From NCBI GenBank assembly GCA_951406725.2, contig OX597830.1, positions 50,158,001 to 50,222,000 of the forward strand: a DNA stretch of 64,000 nt, read 5' to 3'. Position 1 is the first letter of the stretch, and each line of letters begins with the position of its first letter. Made by a program: the position numbers and the translations under genes. The DNA comes from Octopus vulgaris. Its lineage: Eukaryota. Positions 27,712 through 42,107 of the stretch are shown in pieces. The notes beneath the pieces are model-generated. The model was not told the origin of the DNA, did no database searches, and worked only from the letters and a program-made list of their open reading frames with translations.

Positions 27712-28867
27712 ACTACATACACAAATAAACATATACAGACACAAACTTACATATCCATACACACAAACCACACACACACACACACATATATGCATGCACA
27801 CCTATTACAAACACACACATTTATACATACATGTATGTACATTGATACACTCTATTGCAATTCATTTCTAAACCCACACAAACACACAACATTCGCTAAA
27901 ACAAATCAGTTTATTCAATTAATAATTATTAATTAGAAACAGATATTTGCCCCAATCCTTGTGATAAATTCTGAATAGAAATCAAGACTAATTTACCCCC
28001 CATCACCCACAAAGACACACCCACTCACCCTCCTTGTCAATAAACACACACACACACACACACACACTTGTTTTTAATTCAATACCTCCTTCCAATGTCC
28101 ATTCATTCACCTCTCATTACTTAGTCCAACTAATTAATCTCTGCGCTTAATTACCTAATTCCTCACCAATTAACTTTAGCTTCTCCCATCTGAATTAAAC
28201 TTAAATGTAATTTTCACTCCTGTCTGACAAAGTTTTACAAAGTTAAATTTTTCACAAAACTTTAAAGATTTTGTCAAATTTTTATTCAAAATATCATCAT
28301 CATCATCATTTAGCGTCCGCTTTCCATGCTAGCATGGGTTGGACGGTTCAACTGGGGTCTGTGAGGCCAGAAAGCTGCATCAGGCCCAGTCTGATCTGGC
28401 AGTGTTTCTACGGCTGGATGCCCTTCCTAATGCCAACCATTCCGTGAGTGTAGTGGGTGCTTTTTATGTGCCACCCGCAAAATATATATAAAAATAAATA
28501 TCTAACTTTCTGCATTGATTTTTTTTCTTTCCTATTTTTTTAAAATTTAATTTTATTTTATCTAGTTTCAGCTCATGAGCTGTGGCCATGCTGGGGCTTT
28601 TATCTTTTACTTGTTTCAATCATTCGACTGTGGCCATGCTGGAGCACCACCTTGAAGAATTTTAGTTCAACTCATCAATTTTTGTACTTAGCATTTTTCG
28701 TAAAGCGTGTACTTTTTCTATCAGTCTCTTATGCCAAACTCCTAAGTTATGGGGATGTAAACACACCGATACTGGTTGTCAAGTGGTGATGAGGGACAAA
28801 CACATACACTGAAGTATACACACAGGCATATATAAAAATATATATATATAAATAAATATATATATAA

Positions 28868-28900
<33 letters not shown>

Positions 28901-28909
28901 AATATATAA

Positions 28910-28978
<69 letters not shown>

Positions 28979-29114
28979 TATAAATATATATATATATATA
29001 TATAAATAAATATATAAATATATATATATTTCAACAATTGAGGGTAAAATTAATTAATTATTAATCAATTTCACCAAGTGTTCAGTATGCAAAGGGACCC
29101 TTTTATATAATGTA

Positions 29115-29148
<34 letters not shown>

Positions 29149-29235
29149 AATAAATATATAAATATATATATATACATATATATATATATAAATAAATATA
29201 TAAATATATATATATACATATATATATATAAATAA

Positions 29236-29276
<41 letters not shown>

Positions 29277-30165
29277 GCCTGTGCTAGTGCCATGTAAAAA
29301 GTACTTAAGTCCATTCTCCAGCATGGGTGGTATTAGGAAGGGTGTCCAGCAATAAAAAAGCCTGCCAAAACAGACACAGTAGCCAGGGGTAGACTTCTAC
29401 CTGGCCGGCTCCTGTCAAGCGTCCAACACATGCATGCATGGAAGATGGATGTTAAACGATGATGATGATGATTATATATATATATATATATATATACATA
29501 CACAATGGGCTTCTTTCAGTTTCTGTCTATGAAATCCATTCACAAGGCTTAGGTCAGCCCGGGATTATAGTAGAAGACACATGCCCAATAAAGAAGTGAC
29601 ATTGAACCAATGCATATGTTATTATTATTATTGGTGTAATGACGCTCCCAAGGCACAACATGATGTGTGTGTGTATGTGCTTTTGTTTGATCCCTACTGC
29701 TCAACAACTGTTGGTTGTATTGCTTATGTCCTTGTATCTCAGCAGTTCAGCAAAAAGAGACTAATAAAATACCAAACTTAAATAAGTCCTGAGGTTGATT
29801 TCTTCAACTTTCCAAGGTGGTGCCCTGGGCATGGCTGCAGTCCAATGAATGAAATAGGTAAAAGATAAAAAGAAAAAAAATATATGTGGTAAGAAGTTTG
29901 CTACTCAAGCATATGGTTCCGGGTTCAATCCCACAGCAAGGCACCTTGGGCAAATGTCTTCTATTATACCTTTGGACTGACCAATGCCTCATGAGGGGAT
30001 TTGCTAGATGGAAACAGAATGACACCCAGTGTATATATATTATATATATATATATATATTATATATATATATATATATATATGTAAACACACACATATAT
30101 ATATTTATACATTATATATATATATATATATATGTAAACACACACATATATATTTATACATTATA

Positions 30166-30520
30166 TCCAGTACCGCTGCCATAGTCTCCTTTAGAGAGAC
30201 TTAGAAATTTTAATATTTCTATTTTTGAAAACCAGTGGATGTATTCCACTGAAATTAGGTAAATAATCCTTCGAACAGACGGTTATTAGCGATGCCTGCT
30301 GGGTCTGGCTACTCTGCATTGATAAAGGGCAGATACCCTGAAACATGTCTACAGATGTCTGACCAGCAAGGGGAAGCGGCTGACCTCCCCTGTTCGAAGG
30401 TTATAATGGACACAGGTCCGTGTGTCATATAGCGAGTTAGAGGCGATGGCCTCTTGGAGCTAATCAAAGGCAGCTTTAGTCTTATATCTATGGACTACCA
30501 TATTAGCTTGGCGATAACTA

Positions 30521-30523
<3 letters not shown>
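30166..30523 (+). mobile_element. Hammerhead-containing insert in (TA)n (Penelope-like pLTR or retrozyme-like)
   Basis: Non-microsatellite segment bounded by TA-rich tracts; central hammerhead fold inside a long hairpin (ccttcgaacag 30268-30278 / ctgttcgaagg 30390-30400). Confidence 0.6.
30313..30355 (+). ncRNA. Minimal type-I hammerhead ribozyme motif (U3-A8 variant)
   Basis: Stem I tctgca/tacaga (1 mismatch); core TTGATAA; stem II AGGG-cagata-CCCT; GAA; palindromic stem III ACATGT; cleavage triplet GUC (C at 30349). Confidence 0.65.
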
Positions 30524-30564
<41 letters not shown>

Positions 30565-30565
30565 T

Positions 30566-30866
30566 CACCGTGACCGACCAGGCTATCAGATGTTGCTACA
30601 CATTGCTGATCACAATGTGTTTCGCATTGTTTTTAGCCTTCAAATGACGCCATCCCGCTGGCTAAGTGAGCAAGCCAGCAGAAGAAAGAGTGAGAGAAAG
30701 TTATGGTGAAAGAGTACAGCAGGGATCAACACCACCCCCTGCCGGAGCCTCGTGGAGCTGTAGTTTTTTTCGCTCAATAAACAATCACAACGCCCAGTCT
30801 GGGAATCGAAACTGCGATCCTACAACCGCAAGTCTGCTGCCCTAACCACTGGGCCATTGCGCCTCC
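30566..30866 (-). mobile_element. tRNA-derived SINE family D with 'tail 2'
   Basis: Homologous to 41784-42090. Confidence 0.85.
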
Positions 30867-33765
30867 ACACACATATATATACATATATATGTATGCATGT
30901 ATGTATATATATATATATATGAATTATATGTGTGTGTGTCTTTGTATTTTCTATCTGTAATTGTCCTCCATCACCAATTGACAACTGGTATGGGTGTGTT
31001 TATGCCTTTAACTTAGCAGTTTACAAAAGAGACTGATAGAATAAGTAGCAAGCTTACAAAAACAAAAATAAGCCCTGGGGAGTGGGGGTTGATTCATTCA
31101 ATCAAAATTCTTCAAGGCAGTGCTCCAGCATGGCCACAGTTTAATGATTTAAACAAGTTTATCATAAATGAAATGATAAAAGGAGCGTGTGTGTGTGTGT
31201 GTCTGTGTGTCCACAGTTGGACATCCTTCCTAACACCAACTACTTTATGCAATGTGTACCAAACAGATTTTCTTCCTAGCACCAGCATTAAAGAGGTTGT
31301 CAAGTCCTCAGCAAGACATTACTAAAGTCTCCCTTCAACCCACACTCTCTTCACTTATTTAACAATCACATTACAAGGTGTACTGGAGCATTTTATAACA
31401 AAGACCCTAGTAAAGTTACTTTGTCCCCTGTCAGACAAAAGGGGTCCTCACTATGGTACATCATTATCTCCTTGAGTAGGGACAGACAGAAAGGTGTGTG
31501 TGTGTGTGGCTACCAAAGATGAAATCAGGTGGAGAAGAAATAGGAGAATGTGGTGGGGAAAACGGGGTGATTGCAGTGGAGCTATAGCAGGTGGGAGACA
31601 ATGAGATGGAAGAGGAACAGTGATAGCACAGAGACATTTATGGTGAGGAGGCAGTAATGGGAGAGAGACAATGATTGTGGAGTGTAGTGAGAGAAACGGA
31701 AATGGTAGAGAGAGTGATGTAGATACATAGTGGTTAAGAGTGTGGATGTTTGTAATGTGAGACCTAGAGTAGAGGGGGGAGTGGCTAGCAGGAGTAGGAG
31801 GAGGAGGAGAGAGAGAGAAGAAAAGGTTATAGTCAGAGGGTGAAGGATGTCATTAAAGGGGTGATCTGAGAGAAGGAGAGTTGTGACTTGCAACACAGGT
31901 GGCAGCTAGGTACTAGTTAGTAGGAGAGATGGAGGAAACAGGAGAAAGATACTCAGGTAGTTATGTGGCTCTTGGAAAGAGAGAGAGAGAGAGTGTGTAT
32001 ATGTAATTGAGAGAGAGAGAGAGGAAATGTGTGTGCAAGTGGATGTGTGTGTGTGAGTGGGTGAGGATGCGTGAGACTGTGTGAGAGAGTGTGATTTTGT
32101 GTATGTATATATGAGTGTGCATGTGTGTAAGCGTGTATGTGTAAGAGAGAGAAAGAGAGAGAGTGTGTATGTATATATGAGAGTGTGCATGTGTGTGAGT
32201 GTGTATGTGTAAGAGAGAGAGTGTGTATGTATATATGAGAATATGTGTGTGTGTGTATATGTGTAAGAGAGAGAAAGAGAGAGTGTATGTATATATGAGA
32301 ATATGTGTGTGTGTGTGTGTGTGTGCATGTGTATGTGTAAGAGAGAAAGAGAGTGTGTGTGTGTATGTGCGCATGTGTGTATATGATGCGTAGTCATAGA
32401 AATGGTTGGTGCGAAGTATATCAGTCAAGAGTGAAAGAGTGCAAGCAGGGAGGCAATATTGGCTAATAAAAGAGTGATGAATGTTAATAAAGGTATGATC
32501 TCAAGGGAAAAAGAGAGGTGGGTGGCTGTACATGGCAGTGGGGGATAAACGAGGAGATGTATTGGGTATGGAAAAAATCAGATGCGATTCTTAGTTACTG
32601 AGTAGTTAAGCACTGCGAATCGAAACAAGGAAGGAATTGTGAGATATGGGTTGTGGGTGGTAGAGTGGGGAGAGGGGGGCTGATATGGACAGGTGTGATG
32701 AGGTCTCTCAATTCACAGGTGAGATGATATAGTGATGAAAACGAGATGATAGAGAGATAAGGTAAAAGGGACAGTAAATGATGACTTGGCAGGTAAAAAT
32801 GGGCAAGGACAAGGAATCCAGTGAAGATATATCCTCACGCTAACCAAAGCCGTGTGAGTGGATTTGGTATACAGAAACTGAAAGAAACCCATACGTATAT
32901 ACATACATACATACATACATTCATCATCATCATTTAACGTTTTCCATGCTACCATGGGTTGGATGGTTCGACCGGGGTCTGGGAAGCCAGGAGGCTGCAC
33001 CAGGCTCCAGTCTGATCTGGCAGTGTTTCTACAGCTGGATGCCCTTCCTATCGCCAACCACTCCATGAGTGTAGTAGGTGCTTTTTATGTGCCACTGGCA
33101 CAGGTGAGGCTGGCAACGGCCACGATCAGTTGGTGCTTTTTATGTGCCACCGGCACGGAAGCCAGTCAAGGTGGTGCTGGAATCGACCTACATCAACCTA
33201 TATATACATATATATGTGTGTGTGTGTGTGTGTGCGTGTGTGTTTGTGTGTGTGTGTGTGTGTGCATGTGCTATTGTGTATGTTTATCTTCCTATCACCT
33301 CTTGTCAACCAGTGTTGGTGTGTTTACATCCTTGTAACTTAGCAAAGAACACACTAATAAGATAAATACTAGGCTTAAAAAGATAAGTCCTGGGTCAATT
33401 TGCTGGGTTAAAAAAAGAATAAAAGAATATATATGCACACACCCACGTGTGTGTGTGTGTGTGTCACTGTCTCTTAGACGTGTGATAATTGTAAAGAAGC
33501 ACTGTACTTTCTTCCCAATCTTTCATCAAAACAGGTTTCGTTTTAAAGAAATACCTTAAAAATGGAAACTGAGAGTTGCCAACAGGATGGACATCAGATC
33601 ACAGAAAATATGCCTTAACATAATTCCACCCAAGCTACATAAACATGGAGAAGTGGACGTAAAAATAATGATGATGTTGATGATCCTAGCCTCTGTCACT
33701 TGTCTCCATTTTTACCCACATTTTCCTTAGCCTACACAGATAGTCTGGACTTTTCCAGCACCATA

Positions 33766-34178
33766 TATTTCTTTACTACCCACAAGGGGCTGAACACAGA
33801 GGGGACAAACAAGGACAGACAGACGGATTAAGTCGATTACATCGACCCCCAGTGTGTAACTGGTACTTCATTTATCGACCTCGAAAGGATGAAAGACAAA
33901 GTCGACCTCAGCGGAATTTGAACTCAGAACTTAGCGGCAGACGAAGTACCTATTTCTTTACTATTCACAAGGGGCTAAACACAGAGATGACAAACAAGGA
34001 CAGACAGAAAGATTTAGTCGATTACATCGACCCCAGTGCGTAACTGGTACTTAATTTATCAACCCCAAAAGGATCAAAGGCAAAGTCGACCTCAGTGGAA
34101 TTTGAACTCAGAACGTAAGGGCAGACGAAATATGGCTATGCATTTTGCCCGGCATGCTAACATTTCTACCAGCTTGCC
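33766..34178 (-). mobile_element. SINE family B head-to-tail dimer
   Basis: Two units (period about 185 bp) starting at 33766 and 33951; only the distal unit has the full tRNA head. Confidence 0.85.
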
Positions 34179-35363
34179 ACAGGTGATACTATGGTGCTGG
34201 AAAAGCACCATAGTATCACCTGTCAGCAATGGTCTTTTCTCATCTCCCTCATAAGATGGAACATCTTGAGATCGGTTCTCCTTTATGTTCTCTTACTTCC
34301 ACAGGTTTCATGGAGTTTCAATGTTTGACATTTCTTTATGCAGTTCTTATCTAGGTCGTCGACGTCGTCGTTGTCATCATCGTCATCATTATCATCATCA
34401 TCATCATCTTCATCATTATCATTCTACTTTCCCATGCTTGCATGTATCAGAGAAAATTTGATGAAGTAGATTTTCTATGGCTGAACGTCTTTACTGTCAC
34501 CAATATATAGGTGCAGATGTGGCTGTGTGGTAAGAAGCTTGCTTCCCAACCACATGGTTCCAGGTTCAGTCCCACTGTGCAACACCTTGGGTGAGTGTCT
34601 TCTACTATAGCCTCACTCCGACCAAAACCTTGTAAGTGAATTTGGTAGACAGAAATATATCATCATCATCATCATCATTTAACATCTGTTTTCCATGCTG
34701 GTATGGATTGGACAGTTTGCTAGGAGCTGACCGGCCAAAGAGCTGTCCAGGTTCCAACTGTCTGCTTTAGCATGCTTTCTACGACTGGACACTTATTCTA
34801 TCATTCTCTTTTAACTGAACTGCGTGGTTGGTTACAGGGACCTTAACAAATCAACACCAGTTGTCATGTAGTGGTGACGGGTGGATGAAACACAAACAGA
34901 AAAGCATGCACACACGTGGGAGTGTGTGTGTGTGTGTATGTGAATGTGTATGTGCATGTTTGTGTGTGTGTGTGTGTGTATGTGTGTATATGTGCATGTT
35001 TGTGTATGTGTATGTATGTGTGTGTAGGTGTGTGTGCGTGTGTGTATGTCTGTATATGTGTATGAGTGTGTATGTGTGTGTGCATATGTGTGTATATTTG
35101 TATGTCTGTGTGTGGTGTGTGTATGTGTGTGTATGTATGTGTGTGTGTATACGATGGTCTTCTTTCATTTCTCTGTCGGTCAGAGTCATTCACAAGGCTT
35201 TGGTTGGCCTGGGGCTATCGCAGAAGACACTTGCCCCACGTTAAAACACAGTGGGACTGAACTCACGACCACGTGGTTGAGAACGAAGATTCTTACAACA
35301 TGGCTATGCCTGAGACACCATACATACACACATGTTTTAGAAAATATGTGGAAAATAACTTAC

Positions 35364-35417
35364 GAAGCTTTTGCTTCATAATGAAAAAAGATTTATATAT
35401 TTGCTACGACTGCAGAA
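35364..35417 (-). other. Candidate 54-nt exon (5'UTR, with a possible start ATG AAG CAA AAG CTT C at its 3' end)
   Basis: Acceptor with long pyrimidine tract ending ttttccag, donor ttc|GTAAGT; stops in all three frames. Confidence 0.55.
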
Positions 35418-35507
35418 CTGGAAAAAAAAGAAAATCAAGAAAATAAAGAATAAAAAATGTAAACACACTCACAGAATGGTATCTCCATTCTACCATTTCT
35501 AACTTAC

Positions 35508-35518
35508 CATTCCACCAA
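35508..35518 (-). other. Candidate 11-nt microexon (ttggtggaatg)
   Basis: Acceptor attattttccacag, donor atg|GTAAGT; 90-nt intron to the 35417 acceptor; alternative GTGAGT donor at 35467-35472. Confidence 0.35.
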
Positions 35519-36062
35519 CTGTGGAAAATAATCAATATTTATAGAACTACACAAGGCACCAGTTAAAAGATATTTTTTACAAATAATATATATAAATATT
35601 TTAAATTGCAACTCATAACACATACACAAACACACACATACGGAAATATATATTTCAAGTAATATATTTTTTTCATTTTTTCTTTATGCGTTGTATTTAT
35701 TTTTCCTTTAAAAATACAAAAGAAGAAAAAAACACCCTGAATTGACAAGAGTAAAAATTATTGTAAAACTGGTTATTTTGTGAAGAAATTTTTCAATAAG
35801 TGATGAACAGTTTCAACACACTGTGTGATTCGTAATTCATCAATTGCCGTCGTGTGACATGAGTAGGAAGATTTATAAAACATACATGAGATTGTGCAAA
35901 ATATAAAAGTGACACTCCTACAAGTACATGTGTGCATTTTAAATGCTTTGGTTATGACTATACACATGTGGTGAGACTTTTATTCACTGTTCTTGTTTTA
36001 TGTATTTAAAAATGAGCACACGCATACATGTATGTATATGTATGTATGTATATGTGTGTGTG

Positions 36063-36756
<694 letters not shown>

Positions 36757-36833
36757 AAATTTGATTTAGTATTTCTAAATTGAATTCTTTGCTTGTAAGT
36801 TAGGATTAATATTCCCTAAAATAATAATTATTA

Positions 36834-36879
<46 letters not shown>

Positions 36880-36881
<2 letters not shown>

Positions 36882-37268
36882 TAGCAGTATTGCCCAGCTT
36901 TGCTCAGGTTTGTTTCGACCCTTTAGAATTGGAATTTCTGAAAAGTAAAAATTTTGCATTATGTAGCTTGTTATTCTCTTTAAGTGAACATTTTTCTGGT
37001 TGAAATACACCGAAAAATGGCAACACAGCAGTCAAAACATCGTCAAAAATAGGGATTTCATAGGAAAAAGCAACATTTTGATGTAAATAATTTTTGGTGT
37101 TAACATGGTCCGATTTGAATTTTTTTCTTCTACGGAAGGAAGAGCAAGCCTTCTTCTATCATACTCTCAATTTTGGCCAACTTGCACCTCAGAATCTTGG
37201 AGGAGATAGTGTTAGTTGAAGGCTTCCAAACCTGCCATACACAGGACAACTTTAGCTTTATATATAGA
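36880..37268 (+). mobile_element. Non-autonomous Helitron/Helentron-like element
   Basis: Starts actagcagtattgcccagctttgctcagg, ends ctttatatatag; second copy at 11330-11693. Confidence 0.6.
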
Positions 37269-37271
37269 GAC

Positions 37272-37403
37272 ATTTGTAAATGTAATATGTGACGATTATT
37301 CGGCTACCGAATAATTGTCACATATTATATTTACAGATAAATTCCTCTATTAACATAATATCGGATCTCTTTCATTCTTTTGTTGTCTTACCATTTTTAT
37401 CAA
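37272..37403 (+). repeat. Palindrome with 32-bp arms and a one-sided extension abutting (TA)n
   Basis: 37272-37303 / 37307-37338 (3 mismatches), extension to 37403. Confidence 0.8.
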
Positions 37404-37408
37404 TATAT

Positions 37409-37492
<84 letters not shown>

Positions 37493-37643
37493 ATGTAAGG
37501 AAAACAGAAAATGGAGATAACATTGATGAACAACAATTGATTTGCAGCAATTATCATTTATCAATAATTTACAAAAAGACTGCATCCCATCCAACAGCTG
37601 TTTCTGCTGCCAATGCTCTTTGAAATTACCATTACAATCTTAA

Positions 37644-37862
37644 CCCTTTAGGATTTAAACCGGCCATATCCGGCCAAAATATTTAATCTGTTTTATGTTC
37701 AAACTGAACAGATCCAGGCCCTCACACCTGCCCTACAATGTTATTCTACATTAAGTAATTACACCATCAAGATCTTGAAGATATGAGATAATGCATGATT
37801 AATTCAAATCAATGGGAATCAATAAGCATTATGTTTGATAGAATAATCTGAACACTAAAGGG
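37644..37862. mobile_element. piggyBac-type MITE
   Basis: TTAA target duplication (37640-37643, 37863-37866), TIR CCCTTTAG...CTAAAGGG. Confidence 0.85.
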
Positions 37863-38940
37863 TTAAGAGAATATTTACCATATTTGGTACTAAAACGGAT
37901 GTGGATCATGGAGTTTTATCAGAAAGGAAAATAAAAATAAAAAGAAGAGATAAGAAAAGAAGGAGGAAAGGTTGAATATGGTGAGAGTCACGTCGTGTTG
38001 CATGTAGAGCCATTGGATGATAAATAAATGACAATAAGTTGAAATGAAAGAGGTGCTTGGAGATGATATTCCTATGGGGCATAGGTTAGGAAAGTAAGAG
38101 CTACGTATGCAAGTAGGATAGTTCAAAGGAGGGGCAAAAATGCAATAAAGTTTTGGTACTACTAATTATGTTTATAGTACTAAGTAATAGTATTCGTCGT
38201 AATAAAATGCTTATTGGTTTGATATAATTTTTCACTTACTGCTAGTAGGAATTCTAGTCAATCTACCTATTGTCCAAAGTTGGTAGAGCAGGGACCTCCA
38301 CCAGATATAATTGGTCAGTTAGTATCTAAAAACAAATGACTGGTTATTAATAAACCATTATTCTCTGGGGTAAAATAAATGAATGATATATGCTATGAGG
38401 GACCTGAATGTATCTAAGTCAATATAGAAATAAAAATGTAAAAATAAAATAAAATAAATTAAGACTAATAAAAATAATAATTTAAAAAATTAGAAAATTT
38501 TCCAGTTGGACATGTAGGAATTTTGATGGTTATGAGGAAGAGGATCCTAAAGCCATTTAAGTCAATAAAAATGAATATAAATATATAAAAATAACAATAA
38601 AAATTTTCCAGTTGGACAGTTAGAAGTAATGGTGGTTAATTGGAGATTATAAATGGATTAACAAATGATCTGAAAGCTATACCAAGTTGGAAATTTATGC
38701 AGCCACCAAGCAATCCCTTAATTAATCAGTCAGTCTACCCAACCATTGAACTAATTAATTAATGAAACAATTTATTGACTAAACATTCAATTAATCAGTC
38801 AACCAACCGATCAGTTAAATAAGTTGCAATATGTAGATCCATAGTTAATAAATTTGTATAAATTGATATCCTCGCAAAAATATATGTATACAGATGCAAA
38901 TTCCCACTGATATATGGTCATACGTACTCATACTCTTCTA

Positions 38941-39141
38941 CTCTTTTACATGTTTCAGTCATTTGACTGTGGCCATGCTGGAGCACCACCTTTAGTTGAG
39001 CAAATCGAGCCCAGGACTTATTCTTTGTGAGCTTAATACTTATTCTATCGATCTCTTTTGCCGAACCGCTAAGTTACAGTGACGTAAACACACCAGCATT
39101 GGTCGTCAAGCAATATTGGGGGGACAAACACAGACACACAA

Positions 39142-39192
<51 letters not shown>

Positions 39193-39378
39193 CATACATA
39201 CATACACATATATACGACGGGCTTCTTTCAGTTTCCGTCTACCAAATCCACTCACAAGGCTTTGGTCGACCTGATGCTATAGTAAAAGACACTTGCCCAA
39301 GGTGCTATGCAGTGGGACTGAACCCAGAACTATGTGGTTGGTAAGCAAGCTACTTACTACACAGCCATTCCTACACCT
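38941..39378 (-). mobile_element. Full-length SINE family A
   Basis: A box tggctgtgtag, B box ggttcagtccc, CORE-like accttgggcaagtgtc, internal (CA)n; similar copies at 48450-48835, 51850-52246, 52265-52655, 56980-57422, 59300-59695 (-) and 41391-41765, 52660-53060 (+). Confidence 0.9.
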
Positions 39379-40339
39379 ATACATGCACAAATAAAAACAC
39401 ACATTCATATACATACATAGGAACACACACACACGCACACACACACACATATATATATATATATGCATGTATGTATATATACACATATGCACACACATAT
39501 ATATACATATACTTGATTTGTTCGATTAAAACCCCCTTTAGGTGGTGCTCCAGCATAGCCGCAGTCAAATGACTGAAACAAGTAAAAGAATAAAAGCATA
39601 AAAGAACTGTTATATTCTGTCAGTTTCCAGAATAGTGGTTTGTCGACCTCTGTACTTAGTAGTGCTACTAATTCTGATATACAGCGCAATTGCAGTGGAA
39701 ATTATAATAAACACCGGTTTGAATATTTGATTTCTTTAACAGAATGCAATATAGTGTTCCGTGATGATCCATTGTGGTTAGGGATCCAAATGCATTTAAA
39801 ACGTCCAATAATGAGTTACAGATAAATGCATTAGTGAAACGTATGTAGGAACTAATAACTTATAATTGTGTTTATCTTAATTTCCACTATATATAATAAG
39901 AATAGGGATTCAAAGAATCAAACAGAACTCATTGTAAATTCTCCACTGAATATTTGGCTATCAACAAGACAGTAGTTTAGTTTAGGGCATAAAATTAATG
40001 TCTTCGTTCTTCTGAAAACTGCGGTGTTGCAATTGTGAAGAGGATATAATAATAAATTAGGAATTGCAACTGTGAAGAGTATATAATAATAAATCCAATT
40101 TTGGAGAAGTTAGAGATAAGATATTTATTTTATATGCTTATAGCTACAAATAAGTATTTTATCTTTTGATTCTCCAAAATTCTATCCTTATGTTCTGAGT
40201 TCAAATTCTGCCAAGGTCGACTTTGTCTTTCTTCCTTCTGAGGTCAATAAATTTACCAATTAAATACTGGGATCAATGTGATCAACTTACCACCTCCCCA
40301 CAAACCTGAGGCCTTCTGCCTATTGTAGAAAGGATTATT

Positions 40340-40373
<34 letters not shown>

Positions 40374-40382
40374 GATAGGTAT

Positions 40383-40585
40383 AGGTGTAGGCATGTAGTT
40401 AAGAAGTTTGCTTCCCAACCACATGATTTTGGTTTCAGTCCTACTGTGTGGCCCCTTGAGCAAGTGGCATCTTCTATAGCAGTGGGCCAACTAAGGCCCT
40501 GTGAATGGATTTGGTAGACAGAAACTGAAAGGAGCCCATTGTGTGAGTGTGTGTGTATGTCTGTGTGAGTGTGTGTAGATGATTG

Positions 40586-40621
<36 letters not shown>

Positions 40622-40930
40622 CGTATGTCTGTGTGAGTGTGTGTAGATGATTGTGCAAGTGTGTGTGTGTGTGTGTGTGTATTTCTGTGTGAGTGTGTGT
40701 TTGTATGCTTGTGTCACCATGTCTTGACATCACATGATTGTTGTCAATGAATATCATTCGTTTCCAATATTCTGCAAAAAAAGATGTCCAGCCATATACA
40801 AAGATTACTTTTCTTGAATACAAGTGAGGGTTGGTGACAGGAAGGGCATCCGGATACAGAAAATCTGTCTCAATAAACTCTGACTCTCACCTGCAAGCAT
40901 GGGAAAATGGACATGATGACGATGATGATA
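40383..40930 (+). mobile_element. SINE with family A head but an RTE-like (GAT)n tail
   Basis: Head matches family A up to aactgaaag.agccc; after (GT)n the body is gagggttggtgacaggaagggcatcc...gcatgggaaaatggacatgatgacgatgat; similar tail at 45690-45880 (-). Confidence 0.65.
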
Positions 40931-41496
40931 CACATATACACACCTGTATCTGTATTATACTTGAATTTTACACCCTGTGAATACCTGCATATAAATTTAA
41001 ACACATGCATACATACAAACATACCCCTATTATACACCCCAACACCATACCCAAATACTGACAGTTTTACAAGATTGCTTAATGTAATAAATGACAAAAT
41101 ATTAAACATGTCTCGTTTATAAACTGACATTCTCGCAACAATTCACAGCCAACTTAATCATCATCACCACCACCACCACAACAACAACGACCATTATCCT
41201 TACCGCTGGAATTCAGTAACCACCAACACCACCATCAACATTGTGACAACCCCCAACTGCCACCACCATCTACCTCACTGTTCTACCTGACACCTTATAA
41301 TTGTAAAAGCAACATATATTTGGCTCGACTACACAGTTTACACCTGTATAATATAACAATAGAACTAATGAACGAGTAATATCTACATAGCTGCGTGGCA
41401 CCTTGGGCAAGTGTCTTCTACTATAGCCCCGGGCCGACCAAAGCCTTGTGAGTGGATTTGGTAGACGGAAACTGAAAGAAGCCCCTCGTATATATG

Positions 41497-41551
<55 letters not shown>

Positions 41552-41783
41552 ATGTATGTTTGTGTCTGTTTGTCCCCCTAGCATTGCTTGACAACCGATG
41601 CTGGTGTGTTTATGTTCCCGTTACTTAGTGGTTTGGCAAAAGAGACCGATAGAATAAGTATTGGGCTTACAAAGATTAAGTCCCAGGGTCTAGTTGCTCG
41701 ATTAAAGGCGGTGCTCCAGTATGGCCGCAGTCAAATGACTGAAACAAGTAAAAGAGTAAAAGAGCTACCACACATACACACCT

Positions 41784-42090
41784 GTGGAGGCACAATGGCC
41801 CAGTGGTTAGGGCAGCAGACTCATGGTCATAGGATCGCGGTTTCGACTCCCAGACCGAGCGTTATGAGTGTTTATTGAGCGAAAACACCTAAAAAGCTCC
41901 ACGAGGCTCTGGCAGGGGGTGGTGGTGATCCCTGATGTACTCTTTCACCATAACTTTCTCTCTTTCTTCTGTTGGCCTGCTCTCTTAGCCAGCAGGGTAG
42001 CGTCATTTGAAGGCTAAAACAATGCGAAGCGCATTGTGACCAGCGATGTGTAACAACATCTGATAGCCTGGTTGGTCACATGATCACGTG
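41784..42090 (+). mobile_element. tRNA-derived SINE family D with 'tail 2' and 12-bp TSD
   Basis: TSD acatacacacct at 41772-41783 and 42091-42102. Confidence 0.9.
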
Positions 42091-42107
42091 ACATACACAC
42101 CTAGATA

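Noticed and set aside
34255-34355. Plus-strand acceptor-like pyrimidine tracts
   Set aside because: Better explained as a faint minus-strand RTE remnant (NCIKKCQTLKLHETCG); too decayed to call
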